A stretch of 64,000 nt of DNA from Nageia nagi (Eukaryota; Plantae; Pinophyta). The position numbers were made by a program, and so were the translations under genes. The stretch spans positions 163,990,001 to 164,054,000 of the forward strand of contig JBITNC010000001.1 in the NCBI GenBank assembly GCA_050084985.1, in the 5' to 3' direction. Positions 26,516 to 40,530 of the stretch are shown in pieces (position 1 is the stretch's first letter; the number at the start of each line of letters is the position of its first letter). The notes below the pieces were generated by a model. It was given only the letters and a program-made list of their open reading frames with translations. It was not told the origin of the DNA and searched no databases.

Positions 26516-27018
26516 GTAAGTACCGTCGACTTATGTGGTATATAATTACAGTTTGAGCTATGCTATGTGAATTTTGATATCAGATTTAATCTTCTGTTAT
26601 GCTAAAAGTGACACCAGTTTCGGAAATATTCTACACTTAGGGTGGGTCATACTTTCCATTACATAGGCAGCACGGATGCAAAAACTACCAAAGGATTTTG
26701 AAGATAGATTGCTTTCCTTCTATTTGATTGCAACTTTACTTAGTAACAAACGTGCTAGAATTCAGATATGACTACCCAAAGTTTCTTATGCATCTATATC
26801 ATTGATAGTTCCATATGGATCTTTTAAGACATGCACAATTTAAATTTTTCTACATATCATGCAAAACAACTGAAACATTGGAAAGCTGTTTCAAGTGAAA
26901 TTTTACCACAAACCAGCTGAAGGATACCTTCTGTGGGCACTAGTTGACATTCTTGATTTGGAGATTATTCTATCAATATGCATAACAACAGATGGTATAA
27001 AGCAAGTTTTATGCAAAA

Positions 27019-27172
27019 TATGATTCCTTATGGTAGAATTAAAATAATAACAGGAAATTTGTATCAATAAAATACCGTTTACAATGATAAAGCAGCATGA
27101 TTCCTTATGTTAGAATTAAAATAATAACAGGAAATTTGTATCAATAAAATACCATTGACATCGATAAAGCAG
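27019..27172. repeat. Two-copy tandem duplication of about 78 bp in an intron
   Basis: atgattccttatg.tagaattaaaataataacaggaaatttgtatcaataaaatacc occurs twice in tandem. Confidence 0.85.
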
Positions 27173-28049
27173 CAGGCAGCAGATAAATGTGACTGCAGTG
27201 ACAAGAAAGTACAGTGGAGCAGTGAAGTACACAGCCTTCTATACATTACAGATGGGAATGGATATATTCTATTGATTCCAAAACATCCAATGTTCTATAT
27301 TTGAAATAATGTGCGTGTTGAATTCACTTTTCAGCCTTAATTCATATTTATTTTCTATAGTGCTGATCTACTGTCCAAATAACGGTTTTCTGTGCCCATA
27401 ATATTATATTAGATATCAAATGGTTAACTGTTGTCAATGGGGAAGTGGGCAACATGTGGTTGTTTGTAGGGGCCAAATACATAACTTGTGGGTTCGTGAT
27501 TCACTCTTCCTTTTTTGGAAAACCATTATTTAAACTCCATTCAACTACCTATGCTTTTGTGAGCAGTTTAGTACGAGTATACCATGGGGAGGATGGTAGG
27601 AATCAAACAAGGACCTCCACCATGGAAATCACCTGTTCTGCCAATCCACCTCCCATAGGCAGGCTGGGTTCACTATTCCCTAATCTATTAAGATAAGATA
27701 GTATGAGCAAGGCATTAGTATCATGGTGGCGACATTTGTAGAAGAAATTGGAAGACATTATTTTTTGTTATTGTGTTTGGATCAAGTCTCGTGATTAGAA
27801 CTTGGAATGATTCTATCTTGTGGCATTTACCTAATTCGATGGATTTATATTGAAATTTAACAAATATAAAACATTCTATATTAAATATATGAGAATGCTA
27901 TATAAATTACATAATGGTATTAAGAGCTGTCCTTCGGAACAAGAAGGCTTGGATTAGAGATACCCCTCCCCTAGGCTGGTCCAAAAAATGGCCAATCTCA
28001 GCATGATGCCAGGCTCTAAGTCTGCAGTCTAACTTATCAATTGCTGTAT

Positions 28050-28650
28050 AGAATTGTGGAGGATCTCTCTTCTTTTCCACAGGTTCAATAGATAATGTGA
28101 TTCAGGATGGAAATATTGTTTTCTTCATAGAAACACTCGAGACTAACACACAAAACCACTCCCCTTTTATACAAGCTACTCATGGCCACCAGTACACAAA
28201 CCCAAGACTCAACATGGTATTAAGGGCTCATGAGGTGTTGCCTGTTTATTTCAAGACCATCTTGCTTCATCTATTCATTTGGAATGCTCATATTCCCATG
28301 CCAGATTTATGTGGATTTCCTTGGACAGAAATCCACCTCTCACTAGGCTCTACATAGCAGTGTGCTAGGCCCCCCCAGCCTACTCACTGCATGCTATGTC
28401 ATCTGCTGGACCACTTAGATCTTTTCTCAGAAATTTCCAAATTCTCCTCTCTTGGGGATGTCCTACTAGTAGGTGACTTCAATGCTCGTACAGGAACAAT
28501 CCAATGCTCTATATATTACATCTCTTTGGATCGACTACAATTAAAGGAGTTGGATCATCATAGTTTGGCACGTTGCTTAGTTGATGCAAACATCACTATT
28601 GTTGGGAAGGATTTCTTTCTTGTGGCAATCTCTGAATCACTGTAGGCATG
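28050..28650 (+). mobile_element. LINE AP-endonuclease relic
   Basis: IVFFIET and LFSEISKFSSLGDVLLVGDFNART motifs; parallels the LINE at 52940. Confidence 0.8.
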
Positions 28651-28866
28651 AGCTTCCCAACATCTTAGTCGGGAAAGCATTACCGATTCCCCATTTGAAA
28701 AGGGCTGTCTGCCTCCAAGGCTCTTGTCGAAACTCCTACTCAACACTCTAACATCTGTAGGTAATCTTCAAAGCAAAATCCAATGCTTGTACAAATGTCT
28801 CTGCATAGTGATATCTTACTCATATAGTATCTCTCTTTAGAATTAGTCTGAGTGGAATGTTTAGAG

Positions 28867-29310
28867 CATAGAATAAAAAAATGTTGTTTAAACATAAAAA
28901 AAGCTGTTTTTTTCTTAGCAAAAATTGACCATTTAAACGGGCAAAAAATGTTGATAACAAGTTGAAAACGTGGCTGTATTTGCCGTACTTACCGTATTTA
29001 ATGTTTAAATGGCCAAAAAACACAAAAAAAATGAAAACCTTGCCGTATCTGTTGCACCCTCCATACTTGCCATATTTTACCTTTTTTTCCCCTTTTTTGT
29101 ATGTTTTTTCCCCAAATTTGGCATTTTTTTGTTATGAGCTTTTTCCCTTTTTTCCGTTTTTTAATCATTTTTTCGGCATTTTTTTTCGTATTCACGAATT
29201 TTAAAATCCGTGAATTTTTTCCGTATTCACCTTACTTTGACCATTTTTTTTGTCGTTTTTACATATTTGGCCTTGGATTGTATTTTCAAAAAACCGTTTT
29301 TTATTCTATA
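28867..29310. mobile_element. hAT-type MITE (444 bp)
   Basis: 8-bp TSD GTTTAGAG (28859-28866, 29311-29318); TIRs CATAGAATAAAAAA / TTTTTTATTCTATA; repeated ccgta motif. Confidence 0.92.
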
Positions 29311-29394
29311 GTTTAGAGATGGTAATTGTTAACCAACATGTTTTTATATAGAGTTTGTTCGTATATTTAGTTTTTGAAAGCATAAAGGCAATAC

Positions 29395-32300
29395 TGTAAA
29401 TGAGAGACTACACTTGTGAGATAGAAACAAATACTTGGTTAAATACCAAATTGTTCACCACAACAAAGCATTGTCTAAGAGTTCGTCCTTTTCGGATTAG
29501 TTAAGGTAATTTCATCCAATTCATCCAACTTTGCAAACAAACAACTATTGTCCAAGTTGTTTCAAAGAGGAGCAGGAAGTGCAGCTGATTGCGAACAATA
29601 AAATGGATGGGGTGGAAGAACGTGAGAAGAACTTAGAGTTTGGATGAAATTCTTAGTTTAATATCATAAAAATAGGAAATAGATTCAAAATACCTCATCT
29701 AACATGCGTATTATGAATTAAGCAACTACCCAAGACTAGTTTCAAACACTTTATAAAGGTAATGCAATGATATTTTCCCTAAAACTCGTGAGTTTTCAAA
29801 GAAAAGATGCAAAAGTGTTAAATCAATGAAGAGAATCCTTAAGGTTCAATTCACAACACCACAAATGGATAATCAAGTTCGATCTTTGCCTTAACCACTT
29901 TGTATATAGCTTATAAAAGAGTTATGCAAAAATACATCAATTTGCTCCTCTTTTACAAAAGTTTCACTTTCTCTTACAAAACGAGCTCTGGTGATAATGA
30001 GACCCCATAGGGTTTATTTATAGACTTGTTCAAAGATTTTCAAAAAAAGATAAAATGCTAATTTGAATGTTAAATTGAGATTACAACTTTGCTTAGTGGG
30101 AGAAAAACACTCATCCCATTAAATATGCTTGAAAACAAATTATTTACATAAATTGATGCCCTTTCGCATGGATCTTGAGGTGTTTTGCATCAATTTGGCA
30201 AAATTTAAAGCTTTAAATCATCATTATGGATTTGTTCGTGAGTCTTTTGAGCTCCTTCTTTCTTTCAATCTGGATTCGCCCTTCATGTGATCATTCTGGC
30301 AATTTTTCAAGTAATTCTAAGAAGATTTTCCGAAAAAGTGGATTCTTTGGTCTATTTTTTCGGAAAATGGAGAGGGGATCGATTTTGGGAAATTTTTAAA
30401 ATGTGATTTTGAGGCCATGGATGGGTGGAGGATGGATTCATCAGATATTTGCCAAGTTTTGAGAGGATTTGAAGTTTATAGGTGTAAAAAATAATGGATT
30501 TGGTTATTTTCTTCTTGAGGGGGTATTTTGGAGCTTTTTGCTTGTATTTTGGAGATGAACAGCCATGACCTCTCTTCCAACTGTTCATGGTGGAGGCAAA
30601 TGGTTTGAGCTTTTTCAAAATAGAAAATCTAGAAAACATGCGCCTAGCCTCCTTGTATTTATTTTTGCTCCTTTTTGTGAATTTCAAAGACCAATATGCT
30701 TAGTTTTTCATTCTTCACTCAACCATGTCTTCAAATTTTGATTTTGAAAAATGACCAAAATGACCCTTTACACACTTGGTGGAACAAGTGGTTCAAGCTA
30801 TTTCAAAATAGAAAATCTAGAAAACATGCGCCTAGGTGGGAGAGGTAGCAAATTTGATTAGTTTGGCTTTTCCTTTGGCTAAGATGATTAAAATTATATT
30901 GTGCTCATGCTTATAATTTCAAATTTCATTTTTGAAAAATACCATTTTGCATGCTAGATAAGGTTTTCTCACTCCAAAGTGGGTGTTTTTGCATGCTAGA
31001 TAAGGGTAAAGATGGAAAACATGTGCCTAGTCCCTATGCGCACAAATTTGCTCTTTTTTAAAATTTCAAAAGCCAAAGTGTTTGTTTCTTTATGTTGCAC
31101 ATGATCATGTTTTCAAAATGTGTTTTTGATTTTTGGTCAAAATGACCCTTTTCACACTTGGTAGAACAAGTGGTTCAAGTTTTTATAAAAGAGAAAAGAT
31201 GGAAAACATGCGCCCAGTCTTCCTTGCTTATTTTTTGGTTCTTTTTTCAAAATTTCAAAGGCCAAATACATTGTTTTTCCATGGTGCTCATGCTCATGCC
31301 TTCAAAATTCAAATCAAAATTTTGACAAATTTTGGTGCATTCCTCCCTTTGGCGCTGTTTTTCTCTTTTTTTTTCTCACATTTCCATGGCCTAGGGATAT
31401 GCTTTTATGATTTGGAGGGGTTAGATTTTTCCAATTTCAGTGTTTCAAAGACCAAATTGGTGTAGAATTGAATTATCCACCTCATCAAGCCATAAAATTG
31501 CAATTTTAAACAAGTTTTGACCCTTCTTTGGCTAGCTGCAGCTTTTCTCTTTTTGCTTGGATGTAAAAAATAGAAAACTTGGAAAACATGTGCCTAGGGA
31601 TGGAGGATGAGGTTTTGATCTAATTGGGTTGCTTCCTTGAGCAAAAATGCATGATTTTGCAAGCTCCACAATACCCATGGCTCACAATCTTGATCAAAAT
31701 TTTGACTTTTTCCACGTACCTAGGCATGCTAGACGCACATTTTCCAATTTTGAGGAGAAAATATAGAAAATCAGCACCTAGGTTGAAGAAGGGCCATTTT
31801 GTTGCAATTTGATTGATGTCAAGAGCAAAGATGCTTTAAATTTGATTTCCAACAATACCCATATGCCACATTTTTTATTTTTAAACTTGCAAATTCCAAG
31901 ATTTTGTGTACATAGCCTCCCTAGGTGCACATTTTTTCTCTTTGGATGAGAAAATATGGAAAACCTACGCCTAGAAATTCCAAGTCTAAACTTTGTTCAT
32001 TTTTCGAGTTCCTCTTGAAGGTATTCTCACTTTTTCCATCTAGGCTTGTGTGAAAACTCTATGTTTTTCATGTAAGCACCATTTCATCCCTCTAGAAGAC
32101 ATTAAAATCTCAAATTCTTCATTTGGTCCCCTAGGGAGGATCTTCGGCTGATTTTGAGAAGTTCTAAGCCTAAAAGTACCTCTTTTTAAATTGCCTATGA
32201 CCTCATGCTATAGAGCCTTGAATTCACCATGAAATCCCATCTCATATCTTTATTAAGTGCATCCCATCATCTTTTGACCATTCCCAAGAGCAAAGGTACT

Positions 32301-32500
32301 TGATTTTCCATTTTGCACTTGGCTAACCTTCAAAACTGTTCACTGGTTTAGAAACGCCATTCTCTGGAGTTAGGAGTTCTGAAAGCTCCAACATGGATAG
32401 TATGGCTCATTGAACTGTCTCATAGCATCCTATGAATAGCTTGTGTGCACCATCTTTAATAGTACCAGCTGTTTCAAAGCACTCGTTATCAATCCTTTGT
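29395..32500 (-). mobile_element. Probable large LTR or LTR-element non-coding segment with about 190-bp periodic subrepeats
   Basis: Motif gaaaacatgcgcctag recurs near 30630, 30820, 31015, 31200, 31580, 31770 and 31960; minus-strand tataaataa near 30020; boundaries uncertain. Confidence 0.5.
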
Positions 32501-32589
32501 CATCTAGGTCGATCCCCTTCATTGTCTTGCTCAGAAAGTAGGTCTCCAGATTTGCAAAAATAGGGTCCCCAAAATCTTGTATGTTGGAG

Positions 32590-33090
32590 TGTGTTGTGCA
32601 GGCACAACAACTATCATACCATATGGAAAACATTTGATCAACCTTGGTGATTCCCATGATTTAATCATTCTAAATCGTATCATGCAATTCCTTCACTCCG
32701 TTGACTTTACATGTTTTCCTCATGCTAGTGGAGCTAGTGTAGTCGATTATGTGATGGCCAATCTATCGTTTTCCTTATCCACTTCTGACATGTCTATCTC
32801 TACCACTCCCCCTTTAGCCGATCATACCCTCATTACCTTTAATCTCCTATTTGTCCCCAATCTTGATCTCTTCTTTCAACACCGCCCCAAAAAACTATTA
32901 CTTGCATCCACTTTGACCACGCTTATGATGAGGCCTACACTGACAAACTTAACTATCTCACCAACATCCACAATGTTTGAAACCCCATAGAGAAAGCCAA
33001 TTAATTTTCAAAAGCTTTATGGTTGGTAGTTGTTGAATCCTTTCCCCATACCACCAACTCCTTTCATCAACCTTGTGGCCGCTATTCTTG
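32590..33090 (+). mobile_element. LINE AP-endonuclease C-terminal relic
   Basis: YGKHLINLGDSHDLIILN..FTCFPHASGASVVDYVMAN..PLADH; the same motifs occur in the LINE at about 53500-53710. Confidence 0.82.
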
Positions 33091-33091
33091 C

Positions 33092-33493
33092 TGTTGGAGT
33101 TTGAGTCGACCAAGACCAAAACAATTCTCATTGTTAAAAAACGTAGTCCCCCAAGCGTTTCTACTGCTAAATGCAACTGCATTTCTATCCCTACCATGTT
33201 TCGTATGAAATGTGATCGCATTTCTGTCCCTACCGCGTTTCTGGGTAGTTACGGGCATTTATGATTAATTGAACGGTTTTTCTTACTTCCACTCTGATTT
33301 TGCTTTTGTTACTTTAGGCCATTTCTAGCATGATTTGATAGGGTTTTTGTAATAGTCGTTAGCATTTACTTCTTGGCATTGTAACTTCCATGTGAGCTTA
33401 GTTTCAGTTACTCCATAGCTCTATAAATTTGTACTTTGGTTCTTCAATGAAATAGATTGCTTTGCATCAATTGTCTCATTGTGGTATCAAAAC
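33092..33493 (+). mobile_element. Copia 5' LTR plus PBS with truncated internal region, related to the 13779 element
   Basis: Starts TGTTGGAGTTT as at 13779, ends ...tctCA at 33478, followed by tggtatcaaaac at 33482-33493; shares ctaccgcgttt/catttatgat/cttccact blocks. Confidence 0.75.
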
Positions 33494-34243
33494 TTGTAGA
33501 TTCTGTAATTGTAGAAGTGAATCTTATGTTGTATTTTCTCCCAGTATTACTTTCCTTCCTAGCTTAGTCAAATTATAAAGAGAGATACATATATAGAAAG
33601 AGAAGAAATATTTTTACTTCAGAATTAAAAGGTTTTTTTAATTGCTTCATAGAATTGTTTCAGCCAAAGAGAGAAATATTTTAGCTTAGAGTTAAGGTTT
33701 TTTAATTGCTTCATCGATTATAGGAAGGTTCTGAAGAATTGTTTCTGTCCAATTGTTTTTTCCACTAATCAATATTTTTCAGTTTTGTTGGTTAATTTTA
33801 AAAGACAAAATTGATAGGTCTTCTCATGTAAAATTGAAACACCTCTTACCTAATACTTTGGTTGATTTCACTGACTATACCTTTCTGCCTATACACAAGG
33901 AATTCATGCATAGTATAAATGCTGAAGGTTAATGTAATTTCATATTTAGTTGCAGTAATTATCATTTGATTTTTTCTTAGCTTCCTTTTATGAATGTCTT
34001 TAGTATTCTTCCTTTGAATATGATAAATCTTCTCAAGTAATTCTCCTAAGTTTTCATTTTATGAAGTGATTAACCTCTATGTTGGGCATGACTCAATTAG
34101 GAGGAAAAATTGAGTCCATGATAATTATACAGAAATTTGATGGTCACTCTATTTTTTAGAATTCAAAGTATGTCATTTTGTTCTTTATTTGGGACATATC
34201 TACTTGTTTTCTTGTATGACTATGTAGTGGTTGTATTGTGCAG

Positions 34244-34320
34244 GGTATTGCACATAGGGTGTGTCTTGGCCTTTTACCAAGTAGCGAGCTCAGTTGGCGC
34301 AGCGCTGTTAGAGCTTTGAG
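34244..34320 (+). CDS. TYW2: TYW2/3/4 exon
   Basis: tgcag acceptor, GTGATT donor at 34321; GIAHRVCLGLLPSSELSWRSAVRAL (RVxLGLxPSS motif); phases consistent with neighbouring exons. Confidence 0.95.
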
Positions 34321-34996
34321 GTGATTCAAGATAAATTTGCTTTTCCTTTTCCATTTTGTTGAATTCTTTTTTTTTTTTTAAATCTTGTTTCTGACATTAC
34401 ATTGATCATTTCATATTGCTTAAAGCAAATCATAATTTTCAAAATGAGGTGTCATCACAAACATAGTGTTTTAAAGACAATGATATCCTTGTGAGTCGAC
34501 TATGTTCTTAATAACCTTTTATTTACATTTGCCATTTCTGGGGCAAATTTTCTAAAAATCTCAGATAGAGAAAAGCTAGAAATAATTGCAAAGGGCTAAA
34601 TTAATAGACAAAATAATTAGATTCTTGGACTGAAGGATCAAAACAAAAAATTTCAGCACAAGTTGGAAGTTCCATGAAAGATTGTAAAACTCAATTGAAG
34701 TCTGCCCATAAGATCTTTTCCAGAAAAGATGTCTTGAGATAATTGATCGAATTTAATGTAACATTCCTTGTGTTACTGATGTGAGACCATCCAGGTTAGT
34801 AAAAATTAGGTCAATTTATTTTTGAGTCACCAACCTACAACAATGAAACAAGTCAATACTACTCATGCAACATTACATGAACATATAACATTTAACCATT
34901 CAAGCTCAATATAACATAAACAAGACATCTATGTATATCATAACCACATTATCATTGCATAGTGCATTTATAAAGAAACTGAGCATACATACCTTG

Positions 34997-36900
34997 TGTA
35001 GACCCTAAATAATGCGATAGTGTAATTAATTAGGGGAATTAACACATGCACTATTTGGCCTATTAGTTAGTTGACATAAAGTAGGAATATGACAATAGAT
35101 GATTAAGCATACATGTTTGTTTCACTAATATGCATATTCGATTGATTAAGGAAAAGCATACATCAAGAACGAGCAATATCATATACACTAGTACGGCGTC
35201 AATGCCCTAGTAACAATACGTCGCCGACGTTGTGTTAATGATCAAATTAAAGATGTGACGAAAGATGAAATGATAAGCGAACGAATGATTTATCAATATA
35301 ACGAAAGTATGATAATTCTTGAGATAAAAGATTCTCTTGTTATAGATAAGAAGAGCTTGCAAAGGTTTGCTTTGCAAATGATGTTTGAGTCCTTGATTCT
35401 CTATCCAATCTTCAATTGATAGAAGCCTTGGGTCTTCTGTAATCTGCCCCTTGTCTAGTCTCTTTTTGACAATAATTCCATCCTTTGCCTTTGTATGTCT
35501 TTAATGCCTTTATATAGGGATGCTTCTATTATAGGATTTGACCCCTTGTATAATCCACAAGGGTCAAATATATAGCCTACACCTCTTTTATACATTTTAA
35601 ATCCTTTTTTAAATAATACATTGTTAAGGGATTAAAATGATTTATTAAATACATAAAGGTTCATTTTGAGACATCTACATTTGCCCCTCTTTGGATGTGT
35701 GATTGAAGCAATGAAATTACATGTCAAAAGAAGAAGTGTAGTAAAGATATAGAAGAAAGTTTTCTGATCTTTTTGCTGATGCTATCTTTTGCTGAAGATG
35801 AATGGTTGATGTTGAGGGACCTTGTGTTGCCCCCCTTTTGACTTGGGTGCCCAAGGAGAGATCCTTGAGTGGAGTAGTCAAGGCAAAAGTTGCTGAAGAA
35901 GTTGTCTTCAGGAATACTGTTTGGATGACTATAAAAATCCATATCCAAGGTTGGAGATGGAAGATATGATTTGCCTCCCTTATACTGTTTCAATCATGAA
36001 TCAATCGTTCCGTTGTGTTTCATACTCAAGAACCATTCGCACTTACGTCCATGCCTCGAAACAAAGAGGTTACGCTTTGGATTGGTGGAAATGACAATGA
36101 AATGTACGCCGTTGGTGGCCCAACAAACTGTAAGCACGGCGTTGGCGCCTTGATTTTGACTATAATTTTCTTTTGTTTGCTAGATCTGTGTACCTGCAAT
36201 GAAATGTCAGTCATAAAACAATGATGGATGCACAATAAGTTGTTTCGTCCATTGGAGATGATCTAATGTCAACATCTTGCTTTCGTGAATGATCTCAATT
36301 TATCTCACCAATTTTTGCCAAGCATCTCGCCAATCTGTTAGGCCTACTTTCATCATGAATGATTATGATGCATCTCACCAATCTTTAGGCCTCAATCAAC
36401 CTGGTCAATAATGGTTTATGTATTTTTCATGAAGTATCTCACCAACTTTAGGCCTACTTTTTTGAATGACCTTGGTGCATTTCTCCAATCTTTAAGCCTA
36501 CGCCATCCTGGTCCAGTCATTGTTCAAGTATTTTTCACGAAGCATATCACCAATATTTAGGCCTACTTTTGTGAATGACTATGGTGCATCTCACCAATCT
36601 TGAGGCTTACTTTTGTGAATAACCTTGGTGCATCTTAGCAATCTTTAGGCCTACACCGTCCTGGTCCAACCATTGTTCAAGTATTTTTCGTGAAGCATCT
36701 CATTAATCTTTAGACCTACTTTCATGAATGATTGTGATGCATCTCACCAATCACTGACATTGTCAGCAATGGTTGAAGTATGTTTCATGAAGCATATAAC
36801 CAATCTACAGGCCTAGTGAATGACCTCATTGCATCTTGCCAATCTTTAGGCGTACACAGACTTGCTCAACAATGGTTCAAGTATTTTCCATATTCATAAA
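34997..36900 (-). mobile_element. 3' end of a probable Ty3 (Tat/Ogre-like) element: LTR 34997-35679, PPT and repetitive 3' UTR
   Basis: Terminal inverted TGTAGA...TCTACA; minus-strand PPT aaagaggggcaaa at 35680-35692; minus-strand TATA near 35513; lineage assignment is from recalled PPT style only. Confidence 0.7.
36290..36890. repeat. Degenerate tandem array with core gcatctcaccaatctttaggcctac (alternating units of about 40 and 60 bp)
   Basis: About 12 visible recurrences of the core. Confidence 0.85.
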
Positions 36901-38189
36901 ACAGATTGTATGCAATGATGAAGGCAATCTAGTGCAGATTTAAGGCTGAGAAATTATATAAATAACAAATAATGCAAAGATTTCCATTCGGAAATAGGAA
37001 CCTCACGATTTTAGTTATGCGTGTGGTTTAGATTTACATTTTCCGCAACAACTTACATAGTAAGAAATTCATCATTCTTTTGTGACTATCAAGATTGCAG
37101 ATTATTTTTTTGCACAAGCTCTATTGCTTGACATGTAGATAGAAACAATTCTATTTCTATATCACAAAGCAATATTGCATGTTGTTTGACATTTAAATAA
37201 CTAAAGCAGAACTTGGAATATACAGGCATTCCCCATTCACTTCAAATACTGGAGAAAGGATAGATAAATTGATCGAATATGCTTCTTGAGACCATGAGAT
37301 AGAAATCAGCTGTTGCGGATGTTTCACAAAATATATTGATTCTCTTCTAATTACAACTTAACACATTCAAAGTTATGACTGCTCACCGACATTATTATCT
37401 ACCATATTACAAAATGGCTACTGCAATATCTCCAAGCACAAGATGTGGCATCTGAGCCACATGTATAACCAGCTTAACGTGAATCATTATAGAGACATCT
37501 TTTGTAATCCCTAAATACATCTTTATTCTTCTGACATAAATGAGTTTATATTTTTCAATACAGTTCAGAACATGCACTAAGAGGGATCACGACAGAGATA
37601 CCTTTATGCACAGGTTATGCCCAATATGTAATGGTTCGCTAAAACTTTATTTACATGTCTTCATAAGATAATAATTTACTGGAGGCTTAAAGGATGGAGA
37701 ACAAGAGGAAAACCTCTTATTTAAAAGAACGATAATAATTTAGCAGACTCCATCCATAAGGCCTTATTCAAATTCCTAGCACATTCTGTCTAAACAGAAT
37801 GTTGTTTTTTTCTCTCTTTTTTTAATAAGTCAAGCGACTTTATTCCTGATTTCTCATGTTCATTAGCCTTGCTTGTTATAATGCATACTCACATGAGTGC
37901 CTAATATTTGCTAATGCCCCTGACACATAAGTATTTACTTATGGCCCCATTACAGATCTCATGTTCATTGATTGCTACAATATGGGCATTGTTGCCAATT
38001 TTGAGGTCCATGCCTCAATGATACTACTGTGCTTTTTTGTAATTTTCTAAATCTATGAAGTAAACAATTGTCAATTTACTAGCATTGAATTCTTGTTACA
38101 GTTTATTCCCAATAGACTGTAAATAACGTTGCTACCAATTCTCAACAGGATATATTCCCAATTGTTTTCTATATGCTCAATTTTCTTAA

Positions 38190-38810
38190 TATGGAAATTC
38201 AGAAACAAATTTGAATTGGAAACACCTAGAGCAACTTCTAAATGCAAGGCTTTCTTGATATAAAATTCTGAATTAATTTTGAAATAAGAAACCTACAAAA
38301 GAGCAATTTCTAGATATAAAATTCTGAATTAATTTTGAAATAAGAAACCTCCAAGAGCAATTTCTAAATGCAGAGATTTTTTTAATTTTGATATAAAATT
38401 CTGAATTAATTTCAAAATAAGTAAACTTCAAGAGAAGTTTCTACATGCAGGATATTTGGATATACAATTCTGAATGAATTTCGAAATAAAAAATCCTCGA
38501 GCAATTTCTAAATGCAGGGTTTTCTGGATATAAAAATTTGAATTATTTTTAAGATAAGGAATACCCAATAGCAATTTCTAAATTTAGAGTTTTTCTGGAT
38601 ATAAAACTCTGAATTAATTTTGAAATAAAAAACCCTCGAGCAATTTCTAAATGCAAGGTTTTCTGGATATAAAATTCTTAATTAATTTTAAAATAAGACA
38701 CCCTCAATAGCAATTTTTAAATGTAGTTTTTTTTTTTGAAATAATTTTAAAATATGAAACACAGAGTTATTTCTATATGTACATTTTTCTTGAAATAAAT
38801 TTGAATTTGA
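38190..38810. repeat. AT-rich tandem array, period about 60-65 bp, about 9 copies
   Basis: gagcaatttctaaatgcag...ggatataaaattctgaattaattttgaaataagaa repeated. Confidence 0.88.
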
Positions 38811-39699
38811 AACCCCAAAACAATTGCCAATGCAAAGTTTCATGGACAATTCTTTTGATTTCCCTCTACGCTAGGGTTTATTTCTTTTTTTTTTCACATT
38901 TCTGATAGAAGTTAAGTGTACCCTCTCAATAATATCTTTATGAAGCATTAAATTATCTTCAACATACAGAAACTGAAATTTAAAACAACAAATTGCAGGT
39001 TGAAGAGCTCATAGTTCATAAATTTTTTGAGGGTTTTTGAGTTTGCAGAATTGAAGCATATTAGTTTCATTTTTTTAGGGTTTTCTTGCGAAATTATATA
39101 CCCAACTTGCATATTCTTGGTGGAAATTCTGAATATTTAGACAGAAAGTATCAATAATACAAACATAAATTTATCCAACAATAGTTAGGGTTTTGCAAAC
39201 ACAGTTTGCAACATTTCTAGTAGAAAAATACCCTTAAAAAGAGTATGCTCTAGTTCAACTTGTAAATGTAACAAACAATCAGAATTTCAGAAGAGAAGAA
39301 AACATTATAAACTAAGTATCAAAGGTTTTTAGCCTTAACTTTGCCAAACAAGGGTGTGTGAATGGCTAACGATTTGTAACGGTGCTCTCTTCTTTTTCTT
39401 CAGATTTTGATAGCATAATCTCCTTTGGCTATCTCTACACTGTTCCCTCTTTCCATGTCTTCACATAGCCTCCAACTTAAATATTCACATGCACCTTAAT
39501 AGTATTCTCCTTCCCTTCCTTGTCGTCCTTCCTTCATGGGCATAAATGCTTTCTGTCTTAGGGAGGATAGATTTCCCTTCGTAATGTCCCAAATTAGCAA
39601 AAAAAATATTTTACTCAAAAGAGCAAATTCCAAACCACAACAATTTTTATTTTATCAAAATGAATCAGATCTGAAATTAAATTGCAAGTTTGGAACCAA

Positions 39700-40530
39700 G
39701 AACAATGCTCAAAATTTGTCCATAAATGCCCAAGGGCTGGACGTCACACTCCCAAGCACATACGACTAGATCTACACCACAAATAGTCACAATGCTCCCC
39801 AGGACTGGATGAACCACAGCAAGGCTGAGAAACACCCAAGAATGGCCCTCAAGGCTGGACGAACCTACTCAAATTGGATGAACCTTCCAAAAGGCTCAAA
39901 TGATTGATCTGAAGGTTGGATCTAATATCTAGAACACAATTGCTCTAGAGCACCTTGTGAATCCTGAGGGATCCACTTCTATGAACATAAAGGTTTTCGT
40001 CCTTGGTTCACAAAAGCTCCTTGAAGGTTTTCATCCCCAAGAAACATCCTCATTGCGGGTTTTCATCCATAGGAAGGGAAGAAACTAGCTTGACGGCTAA
40101 GTCTCAAGATGTTGATGATAGATAGCAAAAATATGTCCTTGAAAATGATGTGCGCCTCCTTCAAATAGTTGGACATCCCATTTGAGGGTCTAGATCTCAC
40201 CCCAAAGTCATGCATTACTGGATGCCACACTGCGGATCACCAAATGCCACTTAGGAAGTACAAAACTCACACATAGACATCTATGCCACATGATTACAAG
40301 TTAGAGAACAAATTAATGCTTCAAAAATACTCCTAGATAGGGGATGTCCCACTTAGAGATGACTAATTCTCTTTTGGGGCTCACAATTGTTCATAAAGTC
40401 CCATTATTAATTAAAAATATAAAAAATCACTCCTAAGTACAATAAAATACTCATACATATCATAATACACAATCAGACATCCCTAGGAGAGGGATGCACC
40501 ACCCTTGGTGACAAAATATGACATCACGAA
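39700..40530 (-). mobile_element. Ty3-type LTR fragment distantly related to the 4422 family
   Basis: Reverse complement contains gtgagccccaa...aagtgggacatcccc, similar to the 4422 LTR block; begins (c)GTGATGTC near 40528; short caagg.ctgga subrepeats. Confidence 0.5.

Noticed and set aside
28050-33090. Treating the two LINE endonuclease pieces as one element split by insertions
   Set aside because: Both pieces appear to cover the same position (ITIVGKDF versus IIPYGKHL), so two separate copies are at least as likely; unresolved
34281-34315. tRNA D-arm/A-box-like string agctcagttggcgcagcgc
   Set aside because: Lies within the TYW2 coding exon (SELSWRSA); no T-arm/B-box or acceptor stem follows
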